Positions 48,968 to 58,910 are shown, counted from the first letter of the stretch. The stretch: 64,000 nt of DNA from an uncultured Gemmatimonadaceae bacterium (GCA_963740355.1 CAVUDW010000003.1:1568001-1632000), one strand, 5' to 3'. Notes: generated by a model from the sequence alone, not told the origin. Program-made: numbers and translations.

Positions 48968-50371
48968 ATGATCGTCTTTCCAAATCTCTTCCCGTCGCGC
49001 GATCGCCGACGGGCACACTGGGCGCTGGCGATTGCGATCGTCACCGCGATGTCCCCTGCCCCGCCGGCCGGCGCGCAGACGGGCAGCGATAGCGGGCGGC
49101 TGGACCAACGCATCGATGTCGTGACGCCACTCGCGCCTGAACTGGCCGCCTTCGGCAGCCATTCCGTCGGCGTCCGCACCATCACCGTCACCGACCGCAA
49201 TCGCCCCGACGTCGTTCACACCAGACCCGGCGAAGCCACGGCGCGCAGCGACCGATCGCTCACACTCGAGGTGTGGTATCCAGCGCAGCCCGCGCGCGCG
49301 CCGGTCCTCGGCACGTACCGCGCCATCATGCGTGATCCCACGGTCACCGTGACGCTGATTGGCCGCGCGCAACGAGACGCGATGCCAGTTGCGGCGGGCG
49401 GCCCGTTTCCGCTGGTGATCATCTCGCACGGCTACCCCGGCAACCGGTTCCTGCTCAGTCACCTGGGAGAGAACCTGGCCAGCAAAGGGTACGTCGTTGT
49501 GTCGATCGATCACACCGGAAGCACGTACGACGATCTGCAGGCGTTCGGCAGCACGCTCTATCATCGCCCGTACGATCAGTTGTTCGTGCTGAATGAGATG
49601 GCGCGGCTGGGTGCCGCGCAGTCCGGCAGCTTCCTGGCCGGGCACGTCGACGCCGGTCGCACCGGCATCATCGGCTATTCGATGGGTGGATACGGCGCGG
49701 TGAACGTGATCGGCGGCGGATTCCGCGCGGCAGCGGCCACGATGCCCGGTGCACCGCCCAATCGCCTGCTGCTGGAGCGCAGCGCCGACAACGCGGCCTA
49801 TCGTGAACGCGGCGGTGATGCGCGTATCAAGGCCGCGGTGGCCATCGGCCCGTGGGGCCTGCCGGCCGGTGTCTGGGATTCCGCCGGGCTGGCCGGCATT
49901 CGAACGCCTACCCTGTTCGTTGCCGGCAGCGCCGACGAGGTCTCAGGCTACGAGTCCGGGACCCGCGCCATCTTCCGCGGTGCCGTGAATGCCGATCGCT
50001 ACCTGCTGACATTTCTCGGCGCGGGCCACAACGCGGGTGCGCCGATTCCCGCGCCCGCGGAGAGCTACTCGTGGTCCGACTCACTGAAGTCGTATCCCTT
50101 CACGCACTATGCCGACCCAGTCTGGGACACCCGGCGCATGAACAACATCCTTGCACACTTCGTGACCGCGCATTTCGACGTGCAACTGAAGGGAGACAGC
50201 ACGCGACTGCCGTACATGCAGGTGGTACCGGCCGGGAAGGATGCCGTGTGGGCCATCGATCGCGCGGGCACGCCGCAACCCACGCATACGTACTGGAAAG
50301 GGTTCAAGCGAGGCACGGCGACGGGATTGATGCTGGAACACGAGGCCTCCGGAGAGCGTGCACGCCGGTAG
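48968..50371 (+). CDS. Secreted alpha/beta hydrolase (dienelactone hydrolase / PAF-AH-like)
   Basis: GVRT, R.L.LEVWYP, PLVIISHG.PG, GYSMGG, G.ADEV, GAGHN. Confidence 0.88.
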   Translation: MIVFPNLFPSRDRRRAHWALAIAIVTAMSPAPPAGAQTGSDSGRLDQRIDVVTPLAPELAAFGSHSVGVRTITVTDRNRPDVVHTRPGEATARSDRSLTLEVWYPAQPARAPVLGTYRAIMRDPTVTVTLIGRAQRDAMPVAAGGPFPLVIISHGYPGNRFLLSHLGENLASKGYVVVSIDHTGSTYDDLQAFGSTLYHRPYDQLFVLNEMARLGAAQSGSFLAGHVDAGRTGIIGYSMGGYGAVNVIGGGFRAAAATMPGAPPNRLLLERSADNAAYRERGGDARIKAAVAIGPWGLPAGVWDSAGLAGIRTPTLFVAGSADEVSGYESGTRAIFRGAVNADRYLLTFLGAGHNAGAPIPAPAESYSWSDSLKSYPFTHYADPVWDTRRMNNILAHFVTAHFDVQLKGDSTRLPYMQVVPAGKDAVWAIDRAGTPQPTHTYWKGFKRGTATGLMLEHEASGERARR

Positions 50372-50633
50372 GTGCGTCACTCGCTGACAGGTTGGCCTGG
50401 TGGTGACGGTAGAGCCGTGCGACGCCGACCGAGACCGATGCGACGAGCGGCGAACACGCGGCGAAGCGAGCGATGACGCGGCCATCGAAGCGGTCTGCCC
50501 TGCTGGCGCAGGCGTAGGGTTGGCGGTTATGCCTCGCCTATGACGCTGGCCATGCATCGCATGACCAGCTGAGACCAGAGTCATAAAACAAAAAGGCTGG
50601 CGGCGCGAAGTGCTTGCGCCACCAGTCTTTCCG

Positions 50634-50675
50634 TATTGCCCCTCCTGGGCTCGAACCAGGACTCTTCTGATCCAG
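50634..50675 (-). repeat. att-like copy of the tRNA-Gln 3' half
   Basis: 42-bp core; identity with the tRNA locus extends to 50 bp (50627-50676 vs 54689-54738). Confidence 0.95.
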
Positions 50676-51128
50676 AGCGTGGCTGAACAGAAAAGGTGTG
50701 TGACTGGCTTCGGCTCCCGATGCTATCGGACGGAGGTGAGCAGGCGAGCCAAATCGGCCCATCCCCGCCAGCGCGCAGACTTCGCCGTCGACGTCCAAGC
50801 GGGATCGCTGTACACTGGTCATTCTCGACTTGGCGGAGACACAAGCACAGCGAGAACGCAATCGTCAGCGTTTCGGTCTCATTCTTGGGCTCTGTGAACC
50901 ACCAGAAGCCCCAGTGGTTCGTGAGCGCGCTGCTCCGCCGCTGGGACGCTCGCCCCAATCTGCAGGTCCGGCAACACGACGGCACAACCCGTCTCCGACA
51001 CAATCCGATGCATCGGGTCAGATCACGGCGAACTCGCACCGTCACCCCCACGGACGATCTCGCGGCTGGGTCCACCTCGGTCCGGCAGCGCGAGACTAGA
51101 ATTCGCGCATGTCCCGCGATCTCGTCGC

Positions 51129-52310
51129 ATGCTGATCCACGTCGACCTCGTCGTCGTGTACATGATCATCTGTATCGTGCAGGGCGCCACCGCTGCCGGC
51201 ATGCTGCTCGCGCACGGCCGGACACGCCCTTCCGCGCGCTGGACGGCGCTCTGGCTTCTGGCCGTGACACTGCAGGTCATCGACTACACCCTGAGCCGAA
51301 GTGGGACGTACTATCGTCACCACGAGCTGTACTTCCTGCCTCTTTTCTACACGCTGGCGCTGGGCCCCCTGCTGTTCGGTTCCGTTCGCAGCGCACGGAC
51401 GACGGAGGCTTCGCTGGGACCCGTGCACTTCATCCCAGTGGTCGTCCAGGCGGCGTTCTACGTGATCATGTGCGTGCAGCCGGTCGAGACGAAGGCGCAG
51501 GTGTGGATGTCGCTGCACAAGCCCGTCACGCGGTGGCTGGAGTATTACGGCGCGCTGGTGTCCCTCGGCCTCTACCTGGCCGCAGCGTGGCGACTAGTCG
51601 GTGGCGACGAACCGGCTGCGCGGCGCCTGCGGCAGGGTGGCAGCGTGACCGCTGTCTTTCTCGGCGCGTCCGCCATCGACCCGCTCGTGAACGCGCACTA
51701 CCTGCCCGTCGGCGCGCCGCGCTTCTGGCTGTTTTCCCTCGGGCTGCCGCTGCTCGGCGGCGCGGTGGCACTCTGGGCGATGTTCGGTGCCCAGGTCCAG
51801 CAGGCCGCCGGACTGCTCGGGCTCCGTGAGCCGTCGATGCCGTCGGATCCGGACCCCGTCGCACCCGCTGCCGCCGGAATCAATGAAGCCCGCCGGGCAC
51901 CCGATCCAGCGCTGGTGGCGCGTCTCCGTACGGCGCTCGAGCGCGACCGAGTGTACCGCGATTCCGAACTCACCCTCGATGCCTTGGCGGCGCGCGTCGG
52001 GGTGTCAGCGAACGTCGCCTCGCAGGCACTGAATGCGGGGCTGGGCGGGTCATTCAGCGAACTGATCAACCGGTTTCGCCTCGCCGATGTCATGACGGCG
52101 CTGGATCGGCAGGATGTTCGGTCACACAGTGTGCTCGCGGTGGCGTTTGCGGCGGGCTTCAACTCGAAGTCCACCTTCAATCGCGTCTTCAGGGCGCACA
52201 CGGGGATGACGCCGCGCGAGTACCGGAACCGACCGCCGGCAGGGCGCGACGCCGGCCCCGGCGACACGGCACGTCCCGCGACAGGTCCCGACTTCCACGC
52301 GAGCGCGTGA
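51129..52310 (+). CDS. Membrane-anchored AraC family regulator
   Basis: About 7 TM N-terminus; YRDSELTL..LA, SQALN...G.SF..LIN.FR, AGFNSKSTFNRVFR..TG.TP.EY. Confidence 0.92.
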   Translation: MLIHVDLVVVYMIICIVQGATAAGMLLAHGRTRPSARWTALWLLAVTLQVIDYTLSRSGTYYRHHELYFLPLFYTLALGPLLFGSVRSARTTEASLGPVHFIPVVVQAAFYVIMCVQPVETKAQVWMSLHKPVTRWLEYYGALVSLGLYLAAAWRLVGGDEPAARRLRQGGSVTAVFLGASAIDPLVNAHYLPVGAPRFWLFSLGLPLLGGAVALWAMFGAQVQQAAGLLGLREPSMPSDPDPVAPAAAGINEARRAPDPALVARLRTALERDRVYRDSELTLDALAARVGVSANVASQALNAGLGGSFSELINRFRLADVMTALDRQDVRSHSVLAVAFAAGFNSKSTFNRVFRAHTGMTPREYRNRPPAGRDAGPGDTARPATGPDFHASA

Positions 52311-52388
52311 GCACGTCCCACCCTACACATTGGGGCGCAAACGCCGCAGCACACGCGCACTGTTGGGCATGACCCCTCCACCGCCACC

Positions 52389-54299
52389 ATGCCCATGCTC
52401 CAAATGATGCACCCATGTCGCCGGACGATCACGCTCCTGACCGCCGGCACAGCCATTGTCGCCAGCGGTAGTGCCACGCCGCTCGCCGCGCAGCGAGCTG
52501 ACCTCGCGGCGGACATCCGCCGCGTCGAAACCAGCCTCGCCCCGAACGTCCCCGTGGCCAGCATGCCGGGCTGGCGACTCGAAGACCGCATGCGCGTGCA
52601 TGGGGTGCCGGGCGTCAGCATCGCCGTGATCCGGAACTATCGGGTCGTGTGGGCCAAGGGCTACGGTGTGGCCGATTCGGCCACGAAGCGTCGTGTGACA
52701 CCGTTCACCGTGTTTTCGGCCGGGTCGATCTCGAAGTTCGCCACGGCCATCGTTGCACTGCGCTTGGCGGCGGAACGCCGCGTCTCGCTCGACGCCCCGA
52801 TCAACACGATCCTCACGCACTGGAAACTGCCCGAGTCGGAGCGCACGGCCGCGCGCCCCGTCACCCTCGCGCTGCTGTTGAGTCATCGGGGTGGCACGAG
52901 CCAGTCGTCCTACTTCGGGTTTGCGCCACGCTCTGCGGGTGACCGGACGCCGTACCCGTCCGTAGTAGACGTTCTGCAGGGGGCGCCGGGCACGGAGAGC
53001 CGACCCGTCGTGGTGAACCAGCCGGTCGGGGAAGGGTTTGCGTACTCCGGCGGCGGGTACATGGTGGCTCAGCTGGCGCTCACTGACGCCACCGGCCGCG
53101 CGCCCGACGCGTACGCCGCGCTGGCGGCTGAAACGGTATTCACGCCACTCGGCATGCGTTCGAGCACCTTCGCGCAGCCGCTGCCGCCGTCGTTCGCGTC
53201 GCGCGCGGCGTGGGCCTACTCCGACGCGCCGTGGTTCCTCGGCATGCCGTACGTCTACCCGCAGCAGGCGCCGGCCGGCCTGTACGCGACCCCCACCGAT
53301 CTCGCGCAACTCGTCATCGAGGTGCAGCAGGCGTATCGCGGCCGGGGACGGCTCCTCGATTCGAGCGACGTGCATCGCATGCTGACGCCGCAGGCGGATG
53401 TCTCGCTCGGCGCGTACCGGGAGCAGATCGGCCTCGGCGCATTCCTGTTCCAGCGGGCCGACCGTTCAGGCGATGCGACGCGCTACTTCGAGCACATGGG
53501 CGTCAACGCCGGGTTCATCGCCTACGCCATGGGCAGCGTCACCGGTGGGAACGGCGTCGTCATCATGATGAACAACGACGGGGGCGCGGCGGAACTCGGA
53601 CGTGAGATCCGGCGCGCTGTCGCCAAGGCGTACGGCTGGCCGGGGTTCCTGCTGGATCCGCTGCGGCCTGTGCGCGGCGCATCGACCCTACTCGCGGACA
53701 TAGAGGGCCGCTACCAGCGAGGCCCGGACGCGGTGCTGCAGTTTCGTCGGGGACGTGGCGAGTTCGCGGCATACCTCGAGGAAGTTATCTCGGAGGGCCT
53801 CGGCGTCGGCGCGCCGATTCTTGCCGTGCCCATCGGGCATGATTCCATCGGCTTCACTGACTTTCCCGGCACCGCAGTCGTGCAGCGCGACAGCGTCGGG
53901 CGCGTCATCGGCCTGCGCATCCCGTATGCAGACCGTCCGATCCCGAAGCTGACGCCGGACCACCAGCTGCCGGGCGAGCTGTTGCGCGCGGGGCGATGGC
54001 CGGAGGCGGAGGCGGCCTACCGCGAACTCGCGCTGGACGAGTCCCGCATCACCTACATGGCGTACACACTGCTACGACGCCGACCGGCGAAGGACCATGA
54101 CCTGCAGTCGGCGCGCGTGTTGCTCACCGTGGCCGATGCGCAGCACCCCGCGTCAGCCGTCGTCCAGGTGCGCTGGGCCGAGTATCACCTGCTGCGGCAT
54201 GACACGACGTCGGCCATTGCCGCGTATCGCGTCGCACAGGCCCGTGACTCGAGCGACGCGAGCATCCGCGACGCGATCCATCGGCTCGGCAAACGCTGA
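52389..54299 (+). CDS. Secreted serine hydrolase (class C beta-lactamase-like) with TPR-like C-terminus
   Basis: VPGVSIAV, F..GSISK (SxxK), LLSH.GG, F.YSGGGY, PLGM, HMG.N.GF; start uncertain. Confidence 0.88.
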   Translation: MPMLQMMHPCRRTITLLTAGTAIVASGSATPLAAQRADLAADIRRVETSLAPNVPVASMPGWRLEDRMRVHGVPGVSIAVIRNYRVVWAKGYGVADSATKRRVTPFTVFSAGSISKFATAIVALRLAAERRVSLDAPINTILTHWKLPESERTAARPVTLALLLSHRGGTSQSSYFGFAPRSAGDRTPYPSVVDVLQGAPGTESRPVVVNQPVGEGFAYSGGGYMVAQLALTDATGRAPDAYAALAAETVFTPLGMRSSTFAQPLPPSFASRAAWAYSDAPWFLGMPYVYPQQAPAGLYATPTDLAQLVIEVQQAYRGRGRLLDSSDVHRMLTPQADVSLGAYREQIGLGAFLFQRADRSGDATRYFEHMGVNAGFIAYAMGSVTGGNGVVIMMNNDGGAAELGREIRRAVAKAYGWPGFLLDPLRPVRGASTLLADIEGRYQRGPDAVLQFRRGRGEFAAYLEEVISEGLGVGAPILAVPIGHDSIGFTDFPGTAVVQRDSVGRVIGLRIPYADRPIPKLTPDHQLPGELLRAGRWPEAEAAYRELALDESRITYMAYTLLRRRPAKDHDLQSARVLLTVADAQHPASAVVQVRWAEYHLLRHDTTSAIAAYRVAQARDSSDASIRDAIHRLGKR

Positions 54300-54697
54300 G
54301 ACGAGCGCGACGCAGTTCCGACCCCATCAGCGCTTGGAGCACCGCTGAAAGATCTCCAACGCCTGCGGCGTCCCGGGGGCATCGATCTACCAATGGGCCC
54401 AGTGCAGGACAGGCACCGCCGTCGATCTGCTGTCAGAACACTTTCGATGTCCCTTTGTCAGAGAACTTCGTGATCGACCATGCGACACTCCAGGGTCACG
54501 GCGGCGGGAACGCCATGACGGAGCACACGACGATTCGACGACCCGAGCCCGTTCCTGCCGTGCGGTGCTGCAGCAGGCGAATAAGCTGACGCACGGTGGC
54601 GACGACTGCGGTCACACAGGTTGTGACTCTTCATGATCGCAGCCGCAAACAGAAACCCCGGCGGCGCCTAAGTGCAGGCACCGCCGGGCTTTCCGTA

Positions 54698-54770
54698 TTG
54701 CCCCTCCTGGGCTCGAACCAGGACTCTTCTGATCCAGAATCAGACATGTTGCCAGTTACACCAAGGGGCA
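54698..54770 (-). tRNA. tRNA-Gln(CTG)
   Basis: TGCCCCTTGGTGTAACTGGCAACATGTCTGATTCTGGATCAGAAGAGTCCTGGTTCGAGCCCAGGAGGGGCAA forms a full cloverleaf; CCA not encoded. Confidence 0.97.
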
Positions 54771-54930
54771 CCACAACCCGACCACCTCGCGGCCGCCGGA
54801 TTCATCAAAACTAGACCCCACAACACCCGGCTTCAAGGGGACACGACAGTTCCACCACAATCCACTGCGATCCGTCACAATCCCGGCCTGCTGAGTCGGA
54901 CACCCGCCCTGCCCGGCTAACTTGCGAGCA

Positions 54931-56268
54931 GTGACCCGTCTTCTCCGATACACCCGACCCGCCGCCTTCCTCCTCCTCGGCGCTTTCCTCACTACCGCCT
55001 GCCGGCCCGGATGGGACGCCCTCGGCGCTTCCCCACCGCAGGCACAGGCCAACGGCGTCACCTTTGCCGAAGCCCTGCACCGCCGCTACCTCGGCGTCGA
55101 GCGGGCACCGTTCTACGCCGCGGCCCGCGTCAAACTCGGCAAACGCGCCCTCTCGCCATCCGGTGTGTTCGATGACACCACCGCGTGGACGTCGCGACCG
55201 GATGCGAAGAACCGCTTCCTGATGGCGGAAGGGGTCTCGACCTCGGATGGCCGCTACCGCTTCACGCCTCGCGCCAACGCACCGTTCCCTGATCGACTCG
55301 CCGATGCACGACATCTCACGCAACTCACCAAGCTCGCCAACGACGGCGAATACGAGTGGCGGACGACCGTGGACTTCGCGCTCGGCACACTGACACCAAC
55401 CGATTGGGGCAACGGCTTTCGCGCGCTGCTCGGGAGCGCCGAAGGACGCAGCGATGGTGACCTGCGCGCCGATGTGCGCAGCACGATGCCGCGCACGACT
55501 GCCGCACTCGGCCGCATGTTTTCGCTCGACACGCTGCATGCGCAACGGCTTTCCGACGGATCGACGGCAGTGACGATCGTGACTGACGTCCACCCGGAAT
55601 GGCTGAAGAAGGAATTCCCGCTGTACTCGAAGTTCATCGAGAAATACGTCGGCCCCGCGGCGTACCACATCGTGTTGCGCGATGCACGCGGCTCGCGATG
55701 GGTCGACGTCAACGCGACCGATCGCGGGCTGACGCTGAAGCTGCGTGTGCTGCACGGCGGCCTGGTGCCGCTGGACGGCACCACACAGCCGATGCCCGAC
55801 ACGCTGCGGCTGACGATGGACGCGAGCACGAAGTATTCGATCTTCACGATCGGCATGCGCGGCATGCAGGGCACGGTGGTGTTCCTGCGCAGCGCGAATG
55901 AGCGGGGCTGGGCGCTCCGGTTCGACAAGGCACCCGAATGGCAGCTACCGCTCTTCACCGGATCGATGCTGCGCACGCCATTGCGACGGCCCTTCGATCA
56001 GGGTGGCATCGTGGGCAAGGTGTCGTTCCGGCTCGGTGCGGGCGGCCAGACCTACATCACGCGAGACTTTCGCGTTGCGGTGCAGGAGTCGGCCGTCACC
56101 CGCTTTCTGGGCGGGTTGAGCGGGTCGGCCTTCAGCGAGTTCGATGGGCCAGCGGAGAAGGAAGAAAATCGCTTCAATGCCGAGCTATTCCAGGCGATGC
56201 GCGATGACCTGCGCGGGCTGCGCTACGGCGCGGGATCTCTGGTCAGTCCGTTGCGCGTAGGACCGTGA
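54931..56268 (+). CDS. Hypothetical lipoprotein
   Basis: Lipobox LTTAC; long ORF with typical codon usage; start 54922 or 54931. Confidence 0.7.
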   Translation: MTRLLRYTRPAAFLLLGAFLTTACRPGWDALGASPPQAQANGVTFAEALHRRYLGVERAPFYAAARVKLGKRALSPSGVFDDTTAWTSRPDAKNRFLMAEGVSTSDGRYRFTPRANAPFPDRLADARHLTQLTKLANDGEYEWRTTVDFALGTLTPTDWGNGFRALLGSAEGRSDGDLRADVRSTMPRTTAALGRMFSLDTLHAQRLSDGSTAVTIVTDVHPEWLKKEFPLYSKFIEKYVGPAAYHIVLRDARGSRWVDVNATDRGLTLKLRVLHGGLVPLDGTTQPMPDTLRLTMDASTKYSIFTIGMRGMQGTVVFLRSANERGWALRFDKAPEWQLPLFTGSMLRTPLRRPFDQGGIVGKVSFRLGAGGQTYITRDFRVAVQESAVTRFLGGLSGSAFSEFDGPAEKEENRFNAELFQAMRDDLRGLRYGAGSLVSPLRVGP

Positions 56269-56300
56269 CGTGGACGCCGGCGACACGACCGGATACGACG

Positions 56301-56333
56301 AGGGGCGACAAATCCATTGGATTCATCGCCCCT
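56301..56333. terminator. Hairpin between the convergent lipoprotein gene and tRNA-Ala
   Basis: AGGGGCGA...TCGCCCCT stem with inner AATCC/GGATT. Confidence 0.55.
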
Positions 56334-56421
56334 GCAATCAGCTGGGCCACGCGCGCTGTCATTGGAACTCTCCGTCCTACCGAACAGCGGCGGGCATATT
56401 TGCTCTGTCAATCACACAATG

Positions 56422-56494
56422 TGGAGCTGAGGGGAATCGAACCCCTGACCTCTGCAGTGCGATTGCAGCGCTCTACCAACTGAGCTACAGCCCC
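56422..56494 (-). tRNA. tRNA-Ala(CGC)
   Basis: GGGGCTGTAGCTCAGTTGGTAGAGCGCTGCAATCGCACTGCAGAGGTCAGGGGTTCGATTCCCCTCAGCTCCA; G3:U70 alanine identity pair. Confidence 0.97.
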
Positions 56495-56681
56495 GACTCT
56501 GTAGGCGCCTGACCGAAACATTGTATCGGCACCTCGCACAGTCAAGTGAAGCTATCCACCCAGGCCCATCCGGTCAACTGTCCCGGGTCGCTGGGGGAAC
56601 TTCAGCTGTTGCACGAACATCTGTACCCCAGACGCTCCAAGAGTTCCAAAGGAAACATCCTTTTCCCGCACGCCGGCCTCA

Positions 56682-58091
56682 ATGCACCAACTCGACTCCC
56701 AGTTCGTCCAGGATCAGCTGGCCCTCCGTACGGTCCCGATCAACGGCCTCCGGCTGGTACCCGAGGCAGAGTACGTCCTCTACTGGATGCAGAGCACGCA
56801 GCGGCTGGAGGAGAACTGGGCCCTGCGCCAGGCGACGCTCGAGGCGGACCGACTGGGCAAGCCGCTCGTGATCTACCAAGGGCTGAATCCGCACTACGAG
56901 TTTGCCAGCGACCGCACCCACGCGATGATCGTGGGCAATGCAGTGGAGCTTGAACGCCGCGCCAAGGAGCTGGGGTATACCTATCTCTTCCACCTGCGTC
57001 ACACCGTGGTGGGCGACAATCGCGTCGTGGACCGGCTAGCTGCTCGGGCCGTGATGGTCGTGACGGACGCCTTCCCGACCGCTGGAATCGACGCGCGATC
57101 GGGGCGTGTCGCCGCCCGGCTTCCCTGCCGGATGTTGGCGGTGGAGTCACATGCGGTGGTGCCCGCTGCAGCCTTCCAGAAGGAGGAATACGCGGCGCGC
57201 ACCATTCGCCCCAAGATCGCGAAGCTGCGCGACCTGTCGCTGGAGCCGGTGCAGGATCAGCCGCCGAAAAAGGCAGTCAGCGCCAAGCTGCGCGCGTCAC
57301 TGGATGTCGACGCGCTGGCCCTCTCGAAGATCGACGTCGCGAGCGAGATCGCCCGCTGTGCGATCGATCATTCGGTCGGCGCGGTAGAGGGCACAAAACC
57401 CGGCTACGCAGCGGCCCGGGCTCGCCTCGACGCCTTCTGTGGCGATGCGCTTCAGGACTACGCCGAACGCCGCAACGATCCCGGCGATACCGACGGGTCG
57501 AGCCGACTCTCGCCGTACCTGCATTTCGGTCAGATCAGCGCTGCTGAAGTCGCGCGGACCGTGCGCGATCGCGGGGCACCAGAGCAGGTGGAGAAGTTCT
57601 ACGACGAACTGCTCACGTGGCGAGAACTGTCGCTGAATTTCTGCGTTCGCAATCGTGCCTTTGCTTCGCTGGACGGGCTGCCGAACTGGGTCCGTGAGAA
57701 CATGGCACGGCACGCCGGGGACAAGCGCGACTTCGTGTATGACCTAGCCACCTTCGAGGCTGCGGCGACGCACCATCCGCTCTGGAATGCGGCACAGCGC
57801 GAGCTGATGGCGACGGGATCCATCCACAACGTGATGCGGATGTACTGGGGCAAGTACATCGTGCTCTGGAGCGCCAGCTTCGAGGAGGCGTTGTCGATCA
57901 TGATCACGCTCAACAACAAGTACGGGCTCGATGGGCGCGATCCCAGCAGCTACGGCGGGATCCAGTGGTGCCTTGGCAAGTTCGATCGGCCGTGGACGCG
58001 ACGACCGGTGCTGGGCACGATCCGTTACATGTCGATCGACCTCGCCTACAAGAAGTTCGATGCGAGGACGTACGAGCGGCGCTGGAGCTGA
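56682..58091 (+). CDS. Deoxyribodipyrimidine photolyase, class II CPD type
   Basis: VLYWM...R...NWAL, EEYAARTIRPKI, S.LSPYLHFGQIS, MRMYWGK, LDGRDP..Y.G..W. Confidence 0.92.
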   Translation: MHQLDSQFVQDQLALRTVPINGLRLVPEAEYVLYWMQSTQRLEENWALRQATLEADRLGKPLVIYQGLNPHYEFASDRTHAMIVGNAVELERRAKELGYTYLFHLRHTVVGDNRVVDRLAARAVMVVTDAFPTAGIDARSGRVAARLPCRMLAVESHAVVPAAAFQKEEYAARTIRPKIAKLRDLSLEPVQDQPPKKAVSAKLRASLDVDALALSKIDVASEIARCAIDHSVGAVEGTKPGYAAARARLDAFCGDALQDYAERRNDPGDTDGSSRLSPYLHFGQISAAEVARTVRDRGAPEQVEKFYDELLTWRELSLNFCVRNRAFASLDGLPNWVRENMARHAGDKRDFVYDLATFEAAATHHPLWNAAQRELMATGSIHNVMRMYWGKYIVLWSASFEEALSIMITLNNKYGLDGRDPSSYGGIQWCLGKFDRPWTRRPVLGTIRYMSIDLAYKKFDARTYERRWS

Positions 58092-58116
58092 GCGCGGGGC
58101 TTGGTCATGGGTATGA

Positions 58117-58153
58117 CAAAGGGCGCTCCGTCACCGAGTCGGAGCACCCTTTG
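58117..58153. terminator. Bidirectional hairpin terminator
   Basis: CAAAGGGCGCTCCG...CGGAGCACCCTTTG between convergent genes. Confidence 0.7.
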
Positions 58154-58234
58154 CAGTAGTTTCGTTCGAGACCATCGACGTCAACCTGTGGCAGTGCTGT
58201 GCGCGCAGGGTGGGTCGAGGATCATTCCAGCGAA

Positions 58235-58534
58235 CTAGCGCCGTGTCTCGTCGGTACCACCGCGACGGTTGCGGCTACGTGCGCCGCCGCCTTCCCGGCC
58301 GATCGAGGCCATGTGAGCGCGATCGCGACTGACGATCTCGCCACCCTTTTTGCCGGCATTGCGGGCTTCGTCGCGGGACCACTCGTGCGCGGTACCCTTG
58401 GCATGTGCCGCCCGACCGCCCTTGGAGGCGATTTCCTTCTGTCGGTTCGGATCCATGCTGGCGAACCCTCGCGTGCTCTTTCGCGGCTTTTCGTCGCCCA
58501 TAGGCGACGAGCCGCGGTCCATCGTCTCTGCCAT
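58235..58534 (-). CDS. KGG-repeat general stress protein
   Basis: RGFASMD..RQ.EIASKGG, AGKKGG, MA.IGREGG; AGGAGG RBS. Confidence 0.9.
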   Translation of the reverse strand: MAETMDRGSSPMGDEKPRKSTRGFASMDPNRQKEIASKGGRAAHAKGTAHEWSRDEARNAGKKGGEIVSRDRAHMASIGREGGGARSRNRRGGTDETRR

Positions 58535-58910
58535 GCAGCGTCCTCCTGCCCCGTGAAAGGTTGCCACTCGTGGCGCCTGGCTGGAGTCAGTCGTGTCACG
58601 CGCCTCCTGCGAGCCCCCTCCGCTTCCAGCTGGGGTGCAGCCGAGCCGTGCACAACCGAAAACCGCCCTGTCAGCTCCGGCGACGATGGCTGTTACACCG
58701 TCTCCAAGCTCCATGAGTGCGACTGCCAAACGCCGACCCCGACGTCTGTACAGCGTCCTACGGGGCTCATCCCATGCAGGTTGCGGGCCGCTGGCCGAGC
58801 CCGCTCACCAGTTGAGGTCGTGTCCCCTGACCAAACCGACAGATTGGCCGTTTTGCCGTCCAAATCACTTACAGCCCAGTCTGGTAGAAGCGGGGAAGTA
58901 TATTCTGCCC

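Larger units (their letters stand above)
47111..50633. mobile_element. tRNA-Gln-targeted cassette 2 (~3.5 kb, no integrase seen)
   Basis: Bounded by 42-bp tRNA-derived direct repeats. Confidence 0.75.
50634..54695. mobile_element. tRNA-Gln-targeted cassette 1 (~4.1 kb, no integrase seen)
   Basis: Bounded by the intact tRNA-Gln and its duplicated 3' half. Confidence 0.78.

Noticed and set aside
47111..50675. Additional tRNA-Gln genes at 47111 and 50634
   Set aside because: Only the anticodon-to-3' half is present, with no D arm or 5' acceptor strand; treated as att duplicates.
50730..51128. Integrase or other gene remnant inside cassette 1 (also 54300-54640)
   Set aside because: No tyrosine or serine recombinase motifs recognised in any listed frame. 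A highly decayed remnant cannot be excluded without a search.
52389..54299. Antibiotic-resistance beta-lactamase
   Set aside because: Large TPR-fused serine hydrolase with HMG instead of the KTG triad; more likely a peptidase or esterase, so resistance is unsupported.
56335..56494. Island integrated at tRNA-Ala(CGC)
   Set aside because: No duplicate of its 3' end was found in the window.
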